A stretch of 64,000 nucleotides of DNA from Blastocladiella emersonii ATCC 22665 (Eukaryota; Fungi; Blastocladiomycota): contig JANHCV010000005.1 in NCBI GenBank assembly GCA_025594325.1, positions 930,001-994,000 on the forward strand, written 5' to 3'. The notes under the pieces were generated by a model, which was not told the DNA's origin, ran no database searches, and was given only the letters and a program-made list of their open reading frames with translations. Position numbers and translations under genes: made by a program. Of the stretch, positions 62,425-64,000 are shown piece after piece; position 1 is the first letter of the stretch; every line of letters begins with the position of its first letter.

Positions 62425-62792
62425 GGCGAGTAGTAATACATTTCATCCATTCACTCAGTCACAATCTTGTTCACACGGAGAAAGGAAGGGAGCGGAAGGG
62501 AAGGGACGAGAGCCGATGACCTCGCTCGCGATCGTGTCCGCGCGCCCGCGCGAAAGGGGAGGCGGCCCGCGTGGGCACGCGCACACGCGTTGCGCCACAT
62601 CGCGCGCGCCGCGCCCCGATCGAGGCGCACACACTTTCGACGCGGACGGGACGCGTCAGCCGAGCATGCGACGGGGCCTCGTCGTCCCCGAGGGTTAGCC
62701 CGGCCATGCTGCCTCGCCGACCGCGGCCGGGATGGATGGAGACGCCGCGGATCGCGCGCTCGTGGCCGCGAGGCGGAGCTGTTCATCGTGTC

Positions 62793-62806
62793 GTCATCAT
62801 GGCAAC
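62793..62806. promoter_or_regulatory. X-box (RFX-binding) consensus match
   Basis: GTCATCATGGCAAC fits GTHNYY-AT-RRNAAC; intergenic. Confidence 0.25.
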
Positions 62807-63478
62807 GTGAGCGAGAACGAGAGCGAGTGAGGTCGGCGGCAGTCAGAGCAGCGGGAGACGGCCATGGTGGGAGCAGAGGCGGGAGCAGCGACCATGGCCC
62901 CCGCTCGGCGGCCCCCACTCGGTGGCCACCGCCGCTGTGATCTGAGCTGATCCCGCCTCGTACCCCGTCCCCGCGGCTTTGTAAGAGTCTAGAGTCCTCA
63001 ACGGTTAGTCGTCAGCTGCTCGCTCCTTCTCTCGCGGGGGACGGGGGGCGATGCCCGATGGCGCCATGGACACACGATGGCGCAACCCACGCAGGGCCAC
63101 GCGCCGCGCCACACTTTGCACCGCACCCGTGGCGACCTTAGCTTAGAAATCCCCTTGCGCGCCAAGGTCCAGTATTCTGCCGTGGCGGCGGGGTGATTTG
63201 TCAGACGGGTCGCCGCGGGCGTGCGGGTACACGGGAACGGGCGCGCCGCGCCTGCCAGCGCCAGCGAGTTCATGAGACGGGGCGGGGCGGGGCAAGCCGG
63301 TCCCTCGCGCGCAATCGGATCGCTGCGCGCGCCTGGTCCTGGCCTCCACGGGGCGAGAGCCGACGGCAGCGGAGAGGAGAGGGAGACGCGCGGCGCTCGC
63401 CACCAACGACGGCGGCCATCGGGCCCCGCCGTGCTTTCAGGCGTTCGGTCGCGCACGGCGGACGTCGAACCTCGAGAC

Positions 63479-63485
63479 TATATAA
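63479..63485 (+). promoter_or_regulatory. TATA-like element upstream of RIB1
   Basis: TATATAA in GC-rich context about 230 nt before the ATG at 63713. Confidence 0.35.
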
Positions 63486-63712
63486 CGGGCGCGGGCCCCC
63501 GCTCCCTGGCGCTGCTCGGGCTTCAAGAATACCCCCATCCCCCTTGCCTTGCTCCCTCGCTTAGCAACCAGCACGCTCCCTGACGTGATCCGTGATCTCC
63601 GACATCACTCGCTCTGCATTCATCCACCCTCGGCCGCTGTTTCCGCACCCCTGCCCCTCTCCTCTCCCTTGACTTGGCGCAACGCATCAACAACACACTC
63701 TACTCTATTGAC

Positions 63713-64000
63713 ATGGCCGGCATGACATCGACCACTTCCACCACCAAGTCCACCACCGCCGCCAACGGCACCTCCTCGGCTCCCGCCGCCGCGCTCTTGG
63801 CCGTCCCCGCCGGATCGGCCGAGTGCCTGGTGCGCACGCGCGTCCCGACGCGGTTCGGCGCCGACGTGTACGTGCACCTGTACCGCAACACGCTCGACGA
63901 CAAGGAGCACCTGGCGCTCGTCTTCGGCCCGCGGTTCCGGTCCAAGACGCTCGACGCGGCGCGCCCCGGCGAGTCCGACGCCGACCGCCTCACCCGCGGC
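63713..64000 (+). CDS. RIB1: GTP cyclohydrolase II (3' truncated by window edge)
   Basis: ECLVRTRVPT..G..VYVHLY.N..DDKEHLALVFG..FRSKTLD..RPGESDADRLTRG matches the fungal Rib1 N-terminal region. Confidence 0.88.
   Translation, partial: MAGMTSTTSTTKSTTAANGTSSAPAAALLAVPAGSAECLVRTRVPTRFGADVYVHLYRNTLDDKEHLALVFGPRFRSKTLDAARPGESDADRLTRG

Noticed and set aside
62900-63712. FMN riboswitch upstream of RIB1
   Set aside because: No conserved RFN-element motifs are visible, and FMN riboswitches are not established in eukaryotes.

Overview
Gene-dense, GC-rich eukaryotic DNA with short spliceosomal introns (mostly ~50-70 nt; donors GTACGC/GTGCGT, acceptors often GTGTAG). Fungal-type Sla2, Rib1 and vacuolar MFS sequences plus the axonemal gene LRRC23 point to a flagellated, early-diverging (zoosporic) fungus; this is inference and the species cannot be fixed from the sequence. 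About 33 host genes are reconstructable, mostly housekeeping: MSS1, RFX, COX6A, TIM10, SLA2, COG4, VTA1, SPOUT1, CCP, RPB11, MEF1, ERG12, DPY30, PUF6, COX17, FKBP12, NDUFA5, URM1, HOP1, CGI121, a phytase, a homeobox gene, PPX1, an MFS transporter and RIB1. Two lower-GC islands are not explained by these genes. (1) 9.66-12.5 kb holds two colinear decayed paralogs of an unrecognised protein family, with an internally triplicated, codon-constrained module. (2) 33-36.65 kb holds a pol-less Gag-like CCHC ORF followed by an orphan spliced gene. Other notable points: a phytase stop only 19-43 nt before the same-strand CGI121 start (possible dicistronic unit), a MINDY pseudo-deubiquitinase, an SDR lacking YxxxK, a possibly myristoylated Cox17, and very tight convergent gene ends. 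No rRNA, tRNA or CRISPR array was seen. All homology calls are from recalled family motifs; no database searches were run. CDS coordinates are gene spans including introns.
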